Notes: generated from the letters alone by a model not told the origin. DNA of 63,358 nt, filler included, from Choristocarpus tenellus KU-1152 (GCA_964200185.2; 13 parts of 13 records of this genome joined end to end with filler, not necessarily neighbours in it), one strand, 5' to 3'. Shown: positions 13,082 to 24,707, counted from the first letter of the whole stretch. Made by a program: numbers and translations.

Positions 13082-14459
13082 ATGTCTGCAACCAACACCA
13101 CCAAGATCACATCACTCCCCACGTTTGCTGGAAAATTGGGCGAAGACTTTTATGCTTTTGCGGTGCAGGCTCAGGCCACTCTTGTTGGCGTTCATGACTG
13201 CAATACCGCTCTGCATGTTCCAGACATCATCTGTGGGGGGCCCATCTGGGCAGTGGACGCGGAATCACCGAGTTTGCTGAGCGATGAAGGTGATGACGTC
13301 GAGCGACCTTCAATGGTACCTGTTCCTCTTATGGCCTCCAACATCGACCTTCTACTGGCAACTACACGGGTGAAGAAAGCGTGGCAGCTCATGCTGATCA
13401 TGCTGCAAGACTGTCTTGCATGTGTTCATCCCGCCTGGGTCTCCAAGTGCAGGGTGGCGCGCCCTTGATGCAGCATTCATGCCAAAGACCCGCCAGGAGG
13501 CAAGGCGCGTACGTCAGGAACTCGATCGCCTAATTATCAGCGACAGAAAGGACCCTTCAGCAGTGCTCACCGAGCAGTCTAGGCTGACTAGAAGACTGGA
13601 GTCGATGGGAGAGGTGATAGCAGAAGAGACAAAGGTGGCCATGATTCTCAACATGCTTGGGGAGAACTACTCCCAGGTCAAGAACTTTGTAGATTTCGGG
13701 GAAACGAAGACGGTGAAGGAGGTTGAACATATGGTGGTGGCGAGGTACAAAGACCTGCAAGAGTGAAAGTATCTTAGAGGGTACAATTTTTGCCTTGTTC
13801 GTCCATTTGGGACTTAGCTTCCCAAGGCTTCTTTTATGACATTTTCCTACTCCAAAATGTTTCGGAGTAGGTAAAATGTATACGTTATGAAAAAGTATTT
13901 CTGACACATAGGTATTGACGCTTCCTAACAAATACGATGGCCAAAATTACATCAAATCGCAACATTGTATTTTCACTCCCAAATGGACATGGCTCTACCC
14001 TCTAAGATACTTTGGCTCGCAAGTGATCATCATGGTCAAGTCCACTGGGAGTGGTCATGCTTTGGTTGCGAGTGCGGGATTTACACAGGCAGAAAGGGGC
14101 GCGGGAAGGGGCGCATAGTTTGTTACATGTGTGGCAAAGATGACCACACGAAAAATGACTGCCCCGACCTAGACAGGGGACGACACGCTGGTGCCTCTGC
14201 TAGACTGGGGGAAGATGACGACCAAGATGGAAGATGCCCAAGATGTACAAGGTTGGGGCATGATTATAACGAGTGTCCCCTTACTGTACGAGCCAGGGAG
14301 AAGACCAGAAAACCTTCAAGAAGAGGGGACAAGAACGCGCATATGGTATCTGCAACGACTCCCCTGTCCTCAAACCAAGAGGACATGAATGAAAGGATGG
14401 AGAGGTTGGAAGGATTCATTGGCTCTTATTTTGGCGAAACAGAACATTTCTCTTTGTGA
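13082..14459 (+). pseudogene. Ty1/Copia gag (UBN2-like region plus two CCHC zinc knuckles), frameshifted and MITE-interrupted
   Basis: LPTFAGKLGEDFYAF; SPSAGWRALDAAFMPKTRQEARR; knuckles CYMCGKDDHTKNDC and CPRCTRLGHDYNEC; no intact pol follows. Confidence 0.85.
13761..14018 (+). mobile_element. MITE family A, complete 258-bp copy, TSD GCAA
   Basis: TIRs GAGTGAAAGTATCTTAGAGGGTA / TACCCTCTAAGATACTTTGGCTC; GCAA at 13757-13760 and 14019-14022; removal restores the gag frame (YKDLQ-VIIMVK). Confidence 0.95.
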
Positions 14460-14864
14460 CTGTCTTCCCTTGTGTTTATTGTCATTCCAAATTATTTTAG
14501 TTGGAGTTTGTCCCCCATTTGCCGTGTATTTTAATGCACAACCACAGTAGTCAAGTAACAGCTGTGATTTGTATGCAGGCTGACTTTAGATAGAAGATCT
14601 ACTAAATTCAGGGAGGGATTTTCTTCGTTTGTGTGTATGGTATATCAGTTATAAGAAAGTCAATTGTTTAGTACTACTCTTTTCCAATAATTAACTTTAG
14701 GTGTGACACTAGGGATATTTCGTGAATCGTGGGAGACGCAATTTGGTATGGCTAAGGACCCAGAGTAGAAAACACCCCAGGATTTGTTCGTAGAGATTGT
14801 GATAGGATAGGTAGGAAGTAACAGCTCCACCATATTACTTTATTCCGGAGATTTGTAGTGGTGA

Positions 14865-15051
14865 TGTTACAGGCGAATAGCGCGAGCGTTTCTTCTTGTA
14901 TTTCAACGAAGTGCAAGCATTTGTTACACGCGAATAGTTCGAGCATTTTATCCTCATGTTTCAGGATATACGAATATTTATGACAGACGTATAGTGTGAA
15001 GATTGTTTCTCGCGTTCTAACAAGTACGAACTATATACGATATTAGTAACA
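14865..15051 (+). mobile_element. Probable LTR (TGTTAC...GTAACA); related sequence begins at 62890
   Basis: Inverted 6-bp termini; TGTTACAGGCGAATAG start and CGCG.TCTAACAAG are shared with 62890-62935, which is preceded by a G-rich PPT-like tract. Confidence 0.55.
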
Positions 15052-15104
15052 CATAGGTAGCCTTACTGGATAAATGACTATTTTGTTTTGCTCACGAATT
15101 CTGG

Positions 15105-15819
15105 ATTATTATTATTATTTGCCCATTCCTAATTTGCCATTCCTCTATTCTCTATTCCCCATTTGATGGCCAACCAGTGCGAATGCCCTTCAACGATTGC
15201 CAGCCATCCCCACATTTGATGACCAACCAGTGCGAATGCCCTTCGTCACTGCTTGCCAGTCATCCTTTCAAGCCACACAAGTTACCACTCCCCTCACCCC
15301 ACAGCAGTTCTCACACCACTCAACACCACTCCACAATCATCCAAGAACACCCCTTCATGATCCACTTCAAACCGTGCCTTTGAGCTACAAGACATCTACC
15401 CCGCCGTAACTTGACCTCCCCTCCTCTTTCGGGGTTGATTTCTTCTATCTCATCCTCGTTACCTCCTGACCTGGTGGTTGTACGCAATCCTTCCTACTCT
15501 CTGCCAAGCCCTTTGACACTGACACTGGGTCCTTCTGGTTTGCCCTTACATCATAAAGGCCCTCGACTTCCATCTTCTCTCCCGCTGTAATACTAATTCT
15601 GATACCCCCATGCTTGCCAATCTCGTGGCTCCCCCTATCCTACCCGAATGCAAGGCGTACTCTTCTGGTCTTAGCCTAAGTTCTTTTACTGTTCTCCTCA
15701 AGACATATGTTACTTGGCTCCTCGTAACCACTCTCCATCCCCCTTCCTGCCTACCTGTCATCAGAGGGGCATCCGGGGGGAGTTCTGGGAAACATTCTAT
15801 AATAGCCATAACTACCTCC
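15105..15819 (-). mobile_element. Ngaro/DIRS-type tyrosine-recombinase retrotransposon, 3' end (YR C-terminus 15546-15819, inactivated)
   Basis: EEYALHSGRIGGATRLASMGVSELVLQRERRWKSRAFMM matches the YR H.xRxGGAT...RWKS motif; a stop sits where the catalytic Tyr is expected; 32-bp direct repeats at 15160-15191 and 15213-15244. Confidence 0.85.
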
Positions 15820-16649
15820 NNNNNNNNNNNNNNNNNNNNNNNNNNNNNNNNNNNNNNNNNNNNTTAATTAATTAANNNNNNNNNNNNNNNNNNNNNNNNN
15901 NNNNNNNNNNNNNNNNNNNGGACGAAGTCTGTGGGGAAGCCTGGTCACGGCGGGTGAAGGGAGAACCAGGGTGGCTGGCGGAAGGGAAGGTTGGGGAAGG
16001 GAGCAGCGCGACTGCGTGCCACTGTACTCAGGAAACGCCTAAGCGAAAACCCAGGTGTAGGATACCTTAGCAGTCGACAGTTACAGGAGGCCCTGACTGT
16101 TTGGAATGTATGTGAGCGAGCCGAAGTGGCTTAAGGAAACGAGAAAGAAGGTTTTGGGGGTTGAAATACAAGGACTCTGAAGCCCCAAAAAAGGTCGAAA
16201 GGGCTCGCAAGGCGGAGGAGAATGCGATCGTAGCAAGGCAGCTGCTGAGACCTTTCTCTACCACCAAATTCTTTACTTCGAAGAGTTCGCGAAGCAGGTG
16301 GAGATAGCCATCGATGAGGATGCCAGGGAAGAAAAGGAGGTGAGATTGGGACGATTTGCACACCATCTGTTTGGCTCGTGCAGAAGTACTGCAAGAAGGC
16401 ATACACGCACCATCTTGTCTACTTCAAGACGGCTGCTACTGGGTCGGAAGTCGACTAGAAGTACAAGTCTCATAGGCGCCCGGCACCTTTAGAATTCAAG
16501 TTGGCAGATGGAGACAAGAGTTAAATTTATATTTAGCATTCATTCCCTGGGTCGTTCGTTTCCCTGGGTCGTTCGTTTTGCTGAGGTTTATTCCCGCTCA
16601 ACCAAGTTGCTGTTGTGTTCTTCGAACTGTCGTCTTCAGCATGCACAAC

Positions 16650-16919
16650 ATGTTAAAGTATCTCCCAAATCATCAAAGAGGATAAAGGTGATAAACCCGG
16701 CGAGATTGCTTGGTGTCTGCAGAGTGATTGATTAAAGTTAAGTGGGGCATGCATCACCCGTAAAATCAGAATATTTCCTTTTTATATGAGAATTTTTCTC
16801 ATACAACTAATCACTAGTAAAAAGTTCTGATAACTCAACCACTAATTGATTGTTCCTTTACTCCGCACATATTTTACTGTAACTGTCCGATAGAGTTGGA
16901 AGAGTCTAATCGAACACAA
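16650..16919 (+). mobile_element. Repeat family D, terminal ~270 bp of a DNA transposon (starts ATGTTAAAGTATCTCCC)
   Basis: Reverse-complement homolog at 25834-26102; similarity stops at the N5-AAAGTATC terminus. Confidence 0.7.
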
Positions 16920-17420
16920 CACACGTCAAGAGGAGTTTTGGTCCTCCCAGGAAAACAAATCAAACGTGTTCATCTCACCACCCGCTTGTACCGTGGATGC
17001 ACCCTGTGCTCCTCGTTATACAGCTTGTCAAAACATCGTTCTGTCTTTCGTTCGACGTTCCATACCCTGCGTACGTCACACGATGCAAAGCTATATGGAT
17101 ACAATAGTACAATGTGTGCAATATAGGCTGATAGTCTATAGGGGTTATACGTGTTTAGTGAACACTGCAAGACAAGAGGAATGTTGGCTAAGTGGAAGAA
17201 GTGTCATCGACTTGTCTTCGAATGCTTGAAGTAAGGAGGTCGAATCTCAGATGGTCGATTTCTTATTGCTTGATATAAATTGACTGATGGAGGAGTTCTG
17301 ACACATAGTATTAGCTACACAGGATAAGTGACATAGTACGATGTAACGGCAGGACACGTCTTGATGTGTCAGCTGATGAATCAGTTGGTATATGTAATAA
17401 ACAGTAAGATAATAAGAGAG

Positions 17421-17545
17421 AGCACCAACCACCACCAAGGGCTGTGCTCACTCCGCTAATGAATATACCCATACCACACAAAGCACCCCCCACCACCGAG
17501 GGCTGTGCTCACTCCGCTAATAAACATACCCTTACCACACAAAGC
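17421..17545. repeat. Tandem duplication, ~61 bp x2
   Basis: CCACCACC.AGGGCTGTGCTCACTCCGCTAAT.AA.ATACCC.TACCACACAAAGCA repeated. Confidence 0.9.
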
Positions 17546-18479
17546 AAAATACTTACTTGAGTAGTTCTTTTTTGCATAAAATGTAATTAAGGGAGGAAAT
17601 AGTACAGCAACATTCTGAAGGTCACAAAGTGATGTAGCTGTATGGTTGGTATGCACTTCAATCAAGCAATAGTACAGCTATTGCCACCTAGGGGACCTAT
17701 TATCCGGGGTTCGAAACCCCATATGAGCTCTTACCTACAAAAAAGAAGAAAAAAGGAATAAAGCCCCTATTCTTGAGGGCGTCGTGACCCGCATCACCAA
17801 TATCCATTTCATTTTTTAATCCGATGTCTACATCAAAGGTTATGATGGGCCAACCCCAGGGACACTAGCTGCTCGTACCACTATACCCACACAACATCAT
17901 TACCATCAAAGTCCATAAGACAACTGTATGATGTCACGGATACACTTGTTTTTACTTTATTCCTCATCCGCCTAACCAGATGCAGTATCAATATCAACTA
18001 TATGCTTGCAGTGCATGTTATGCACACCGCCCTCCTTGCCCAACCTAAATCTTCAGTCCATCTTACAACCAACACCAAGCCAGATCCCCAGTCAATCCCG
18101 CTACTCCAACCATCTCACCAGATTGCCATTGAAGTTCTTTGAGTCAACAGTGAAGGCATATGCCTCGTTTGTAGCCATAGGCATCTCGGGGTGAAACGCT
18201 ACAAAGGTACACCAGAGGCTCCTGAGAAAAAAATATATATATTTAGTGTTGGAAAGAAATTAAGAACTATATTGCTGTTAAGGTGTGGATGAGGTATGTA
18301 TTGTGTAGTGGAGAGAAAAGCAGCTAAGAAGGGAACAGACGTTAGATAAATAGTGGAAATGGGACACTGCCAGAGAGAGAGGGAGAGAGATAACGCAAGT
18401 TTATGTGCAAGATGACATTCAGCAGCAGAGAGGTCTTGTGTCTACCTGCAGCCCTTTGGGCATAGGGGAAACCCACTTC

Positions 18480-19700
18480 ATTGTCCAAGCCATGTTTCAT
18501 GTACTTTACCATGGTGGTTGATTTCTGGAAGTGTGGTCAAAGATTACTACGACCCCTCGTGGTTTCACACAGATCGACCCAACCCCACGACCACCACCAC
18601 CCCAACCCTTGTCCTCCTATTGCACGCCCCAGTCTCTCTCTTACTTCAGATACTTTGCTGACTCCCTGGTCGATATTGCTATTGAGCTCATTTACCCCCC
18701 GGGCTTGCATATCACTAGGAGTGAAAGTATCTTAGAGGGTATAGCTGCATCCATTTGTGGACCAAATCCAATGTTGACATTTTGATGTAATTTTGGCTAT
18801 GGTGTTTGTTTGGAAATGTCAATATCCTTGTCTCGAACACACGTTTACATATCGTACACATTTTACCTACTCCAAACCATTCAGACTAGGTAAAATGTTA
18901 GTGTTCTAACATAATATGTAATTAAAAACCAGTGGGAAGCAAAGCCCCAAATGGTCAAACAGAGCAAAACTCGTACCCTCTAAGATACTTTCAATCTAGC
19001 ACCCAGCACAGCAACATAGCTGGTGTCGTCAACATCGTATTCTGCTAGGTGCAGGGCACCCACAAGTGCAGTCAAGAGCTTTCTGAGGAGTGTCGGTTAG
19101 GTAAGTGTTTGCAAGTTGTAAGGCGTGAACCTTCTTGGGTGTGGTGTTGAGATGGTCAGTTATATGATTTTAACCCCAGAGTGTGAGAAACGTTCAACCC
19201 TGGAATCATGGTTCATGTCGGATTATACAGCCAGGGGAAGGAGGGTTTGAGCTAGTAGGTCTTGGATCACAGCACAGGTGCAGATATATATTCCTTGGGT
19301 TAGAGAATCATGTAATTGGACGACTCCTGGAGCAGAGGTTGAGTGGTGTCTCGATATTGTACTACCAAGCCTCTGAGGGCTAGGTAGAATAATCACCTCT
19401 CAGAGTCCACCAGTCGCAGGGGAATCGCCACTGCTGTGGGTTTCAGATCCCTACCCAGATCCTTCACTGTCTCATCAACCCTTTCCTGGACCTGGACTCT
19501 CCATCACTATGTTCACTCTGCCTTCCCTCTCCTAGAATCTTTCCAAACGGAGGTGGTTGAAGCAGCCCTCTGCCATGCCCTCCAATGCCCTCTTTCACCC
19601 CAACAGATCGCACAGGTAGAGGTTGGCTGTGCCTATCATCAGCATACTTACTTCTCCTGTCATCATTGATAGTAGTACCATTGTGATATTAGTTGATGCT
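18480..19700 (-). mobile_element. Decayed Copia-like gag remnant, interrupted by MITE A
   Basis: Minus-strand SPSEAW-like motif (~19365-19385) and a Gly-rich pre-knuckle segment; many stops. Confidence 0.3.
18719..18996 (-). mobile_element. MITE family A copy, flanks TAG/TAG
   Basis: Both TIRs present; interior is the reverse complement of 13761-14018. Confidence 0.92.
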
Positions 19701-19950
19701 GAGGTGTACCAGGAGAGAATTTGAGTTTGTTAATCAAGGGCTGTCTAATTGAACTATTGGTTGTTAAAACATAAGCTACTCATTTGTTTCTTGTTGATAT
19801 GATACACATACTACCAGCTTGTACTGACTGTTGATTGGTGCACTGCACTGNNNNNNNNNNNNNNNNNNNNNNNNNNNNNNNNNNNNNNNNNNNNTTAATT
19901 AATTAANNNNNNNNNNNNNNNNNNNNNNNNNNNNNNNNNNNNNNNNNNNN

Positions 19951-20198
19951 AAACACTTCATCCATGATACCATCGCCCAAATAACACACAATAGTAAATT
20001 CTCATGTGCATATCTATGCCCATCTGAGGGAAACAATGAAGGCAATTGCTTCTAAATCGCAATCTGCACACGTTTTTGCACTTTTTTAGGACTAAAAAAC
20101 GAACAAAAATACATGAAAAAACCCTTTGTCGCCTAAATATTCAAGGCCTCAAATGGACAAACAGGGCAAATACCGTACCCTCTCAGATACTTTGGCTC
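19951..20198. mobile_element. Family A-related element end with a different interior (truncated by contig start)
   Basis: Ends CAAATGGACAAACAGGGCAAATACCGTACCCTCTCAGATACTTTGGCTC. Confidence 0.7.
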
Positions 20199-20360
20199 TC
20201 TCCTATAATGTTCCGAACGTGATTGGGAAGTTGTGATGATGAGCTAATGATATAAATGTATGTAGCCACCATTGCATTGAGCAATTCAACGTTCAGTATG
20301 AACTGATGATTCTGTATCGTACCAGAGCAAAACAAATGAGTAACCTATGTTTTAACATTT

Positions 20361-20660
20361 GGTTGTCCTGTGCTTAGCATGTTAAGAGACAGATGTGTGT
20401 CATAGTGCAACAAGACACCTGCGAGTTCGGTCTGGTGCATGTTAAGTCATGTTTTCCTCAGACTATGGTTGATGTGAAATGTGTACTGGTTACCTCTGGC
20501 AGCATGTTTTACTCAAGCAGACTATGATTGATGTGAAAGTGTGTTTGGTTGTGCTGTGCTTAGCACGTTTAGAGACAGGTGTGTGTCATAGTGCAACAAG
20601 ACACCTGCAGGGTTGGTCTGGTGCGTCTGAAGGCATGTTTTACTCAATCAGACTATGGTT
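20361..20660. repeat. Diverged direct duplication, ~187-bp period
   Basis: CTGTGCTTAGCA.GTT.AGAGACAG.TGTGTGTCATAGTGCAACAAGACACCTGC at ~20368 and ~20555. Confidence 0.85.
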
Positions 20661-21038
20661 AAAGAGAAATGTGTGGTCATTCATTGAGACGCTCAAATCA
20701 AGAAATTCATCTTCTTTGAAGAGGGTTGTTACCTTCGGTAAGAAGGGCTTTGAAGGATGGTTTTAACTCTGATTATATTGCATCCTGACATGTGTCTGGT
20801 ACGTATTGCAGAGTGAACAGGATATCTTATTAGGGGGCAACGCCAGTGAAGTAAAAAATATTAATCAACAGATGCTATGCAACTGACAACTTGTGTGAAA
20901 AATAAAACAAGGAAGAAACAAGAAGGCAATCTTGAGTCCATATATATAAGGTAACTACTGTGGCACATAGTATACCCGTATGTGTGATAGGTAGCGACTG
21001 TTCCCATGTTTCCTGTGTATTGCGATGTTCTGAAAGTG

Positions 21039-21095
21039 GGTGAGTAAGCTGTGATGGTGAGTAAGCTGTGATGGTGAGTAAGCTGTGATGGTGAG
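21039..21095. repeat. 17-bp minisatellite x3
   Basis: GGTGAGTAAGCTGTGAT repeated head to tail. Confidence 0.9.
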
Positions 21096-23496
21096 CTAAC
21101 GTTGAAAATGGGAATAACGACCATTGTAACGGACAAATCAACGTTCAGTAGGGACTGACGACACTGTACCGTATCAAGGCAATCGAATGAGTAGCTCATG
21201 TTTTAACCGTTTTTTCCCCCTTTGCAGAAGGCTATCCTTGCTAAAGTTAACAATTTGTGGAGAACACGTGAATCTGTTGTTGAGTCCTCGTCATTGGTGC
21301 CCCCACTTCTCCCTCCAACCTCTGGAATATCCTGGTGTTGTATTCCCTCCCTGGTCACCTGTTTTTCTACCTCTACGAGGAGATGGACAATAAGGATTGA
21401 CCTCGACTACACTACCCAGTTCGCCCTGTCAGACCTGTACATCCATCTCGCCCTTTCAGCCGTAACCTCCTCATTGCTCTACTCATCCACGCTTGTGTCG
21501 ATACTATTAATTGTTTGAGACTTTGTTGAATTCTTCCTCCCAAGCATAGACCTCAACAGGGTGCTCGGCATTTCCTGCATCGAATAGTCGTCACCCTCGC
21601 TGAAAGAGTCCTTGTCACTTGTCCTTGAGCTGTTAATGTGGTGAGGAGAATCGACATCTGATGGTGCACTTGCTAAGCCACCTCCGGTGTGGCACCCACT
21701 CTTCCCGACGTTCTGAATCCTCCCCGGTTCGCCCGCCTAACCCCTCTTCCCCATCGCTGTCATCGGTCAAGTCGTCACTGACGATTCACGAGCTGTCTCT
21801 GTCAAATGGTCTGGACGTTCTTCATCGTCCCCAGCAGCTCGGGCTTTGCTACCTGGGCTATCATCCAGGCTAGCAATGCAATCCGCACTGTGCCTCATCT
21901 CCGCCGGTCTCAGCTTCCCCTCTACTCTCTTCGGTGGGCAGAACTGTTATCGTTTCCTCTTCTCCTTTCTCACTCCCAGAGTCAAGTCCTCCGTTACCAG
22001 GCCTCAATTTGCTGTCCCCCGCTGATGTCTTAGAGAGGGTAAACATGCTGAACTTGGATAGCTTCTTGACAAGGCCTTCCAGACGCTTGGGATTATGATT
22101 ACCGCCCAGAATGGTATAAATCATCACTGCGCCTACCGACTGGGTGTTCAGGTTGGTGATAGCGTTTTTGTGTATGATGCAGACCTCGTGGACTTCCTTG
22201 AGATCATGTGTGGTCGATATGTTACCGTCTGGTGTAATCATGGTGCATGTTGCATGGCTCGAGACTGGAACAGTTGAGACGTTGCAATCTCAACTTAACA
22301 ATCTAGATATTGCCAAAGTAATTGATTTGGAATTACTCCTAGAAAAACTGCCGTGCTATAACATCGACAAAGGCAGAGGGAGTATAAACTATCATACGTT
22401 ACAATAGTGACATAAGTAGTACTGCACGACATCACATACATGGAATATCAGCACTGTGATTTCAATTTGCAGGCATGTATGGACACTAATTCATATAAAC
22501 TGTGTTGACTGCTCTATGTTGGAAAAGGTTGGTAGTATGACCCACTATGACTGTAATTGATTGAAGGGTGACAGAAGTCCCTTACCCATTTCCCAATGCA
22601 GACTTGGTGGGTGGAGAATGTGAACCTCCAACAGCCCATGCAGCTTCTTAGAGGATTATTTAGTAGCTGGTTCCACATATTGTCCATTTTGTTTCACTGG
22701 ATGTCTCTGTGGCTGTGTGTGGTACTATCCGACATTTTTTCTCACTTTGAAAGTGAAGAGCAAAATAAGCCTCATTACCTATGATTACGTCAGTAGTCCT
22801 TAGAATTTGAATGGTACGAACACAAGCTAAGCTTGCTCTAATTTGTCCTTGCCCAACAGAAACACTACCTGGCACAACCCTCCAGGAAAGAAAAAGGAAC
22901 ATCGTCAATGGATTATCGCTTTGTTACCCTCTATCAGCAGGATACTGATCACCAAAGCCCCTCCATTCACAGAACCCTATCAACACTCAAGAGGCCTTTG
23001 GCCACTCCAAACCAAAAGAGTTTGACCCCAAACATAGAATATAGAATAAATACCAAATTGGAAGGGTTAATGATTATAATCGACTAAGCCTTCTTATTGG
23101 TCGATGTAACAGGTAAGAAACTTTATTTTGTCGAGAGAACGGCCCAATTGACTTCCTTCACGCTCAATCACCCGAATATAGACTTACATGAAGAAAAAAA
23201 AAATCCTGGGTTTACCTACTGGCTTGTCATTGGCTCGCCTACCCATCCCTCCTACCTCTCATAGGTACAAAATATTTTCAATATAATTCCTACGATTAGA
23301 GCGGAACGGAGTTAAGGAGTACTGATTGACTCCGACATATTTTTCATGTTGACGCAAGAGCGATCTCCTCAAATTAAGAAATATTTGTATTATTATGCCC
23401 TCTGGCATTTTGCAGATAGACGTATATATCAGGGGGGAAACCAATGAAAACTATACATATGTGGTTATTAGCCCTAAGGAAATAAAATATCCTAAA

Positions 23497-23565
23497 GGCT
23501 CAAAGTATCTGGGAGGGGGTGACGGCTGTCCGTTTGGGGTGAATTTTTTCATAACGCGATTTTCG
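23497..23565 (+). mobile_element. MITE family B left end (contig ends inside it)
   Basis: GGCTCAAAGTATCTGGGAGGGGGTGACGGCTGTCCGTTTGGGG matches the start of 45576. Confidence 0.85.
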
Positions 23566-23914
23566 NNNNNNNNNNNNNNNNNNNNNNNNNNNNNNNNNNN
23601 NNNNNNNNNTTAATTAATTAANNNNNNNNNNNNNNNNNNNNNNNNNNNNNNNNNNNNNNNNNNNNCCCCTGACACATCTGCAAAATGTCAGAGGGCATAA
23701 TAATATAATATACGTGTTCGGTATTTTCAACTTACAAAAGTTTACAGACCCCAACATGACACATTGAAAGATGTCATGTCACTCAGGACCCTACTGAAGC
23801 TTCCACAACCCTAACGTAAGACAGAGAGAGGGACGTGATCTTATTTATATAGTAAAAATTTACATATTATTATACCCTCTGAAATTTTCTAGATGTGTCA
23901 GGGCAGTATGATAT

Positions 23915-24130
23915 TAGCTAGGTTGGAGGCATACCAGTAGAATACACATCACCTTGAAATTATGAGCTTTTCTAAGAGTCGTGTAGTATAGTTGGTAGTC
24001 ACACAGAATATAGATTTTGAAGAGATATCTTCACATTTACGACAACTGTTACTTTTACAGGGGTTCTTATGGTGTCGAATTGCCTTTTCCCTGACACACC
24101 TGCAAAATGTCAGAGGGCATAATAATATAT
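23915..24130 (+). mobile_element. Repeat family C: 3' UTR/tail of a CRE-like LINE; shorter copies at 23388-23455(-), 23666-23710(+), 23866-23903(-), 51764-51798(-), 54752-54795(+)
   Basis: Aligns with 41260-41446; consensus end CCCTGACACATCTGCAAAATGTCAGAGGGC(ATA)n. Confidence 0.75.
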
Positions 24131-24707
24131 TTATGGAATAACAAAGGAAATCAAGCACTGGCTGTATGCAATTATAGTAGTTGTAAATTCAGATTTTACA
24201 AAAAAAAATCCCAATTCAATTTCAACGTGTCAGAGACAGATCTCTTTTTTGGATCCCCCACACACTTTTTGGATATAGCGCTCGTTTATATACATATCCA
24301 CACACCAACCACGTCATCAAACTTGCCCATATCGACCAGTCCACAAAACCAGACACACCCATAAGATCCAGATTTGACCAAACAATCGGAAGGACTATCA
24401 GAACGAAGGTCCATTCCGAGTCTGACTGATCCATTTTCCTGCTTTGACGTTGCTCAGTCGTTCTGTGACATCTGTTGTGCACTAAGGTTTGGGTCTGTTC
24501 TGAATTTCCTTAACTGACCTTGGGATGCTGGGTCAAGACCTGTGAAACTCGGTCTCGCCCTTCTGTGGTGAAAGGGTTCAGTCTGGTGATTGTGAATGCC
24601 CCCTTTCACAGGGAGCTTTGGCGCTAAGGGAGCTTTGGCGCGTTGACACTTCCACAGTGGTATTCACGCTGAGTGTTCAAGGGGGCTGGCTAACAAGCTT
24701 TCACATT

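Noticed and set aside
13915-14118. ORFs containing SILEG or YPLRYF peptides recurring across the window as a protein family
   Set aside because: These are translations of MITE A terminal repeats.
18648-18660. Isolated GATACTTT/AAAGTATC hits (also ~5378)
   Set aside because: No partner end or family interior; chance matches are plausible.
22582-22780. Exon-like AG...GTAAG segment on the minus strand
   Set aside because: All three frames contain stops.
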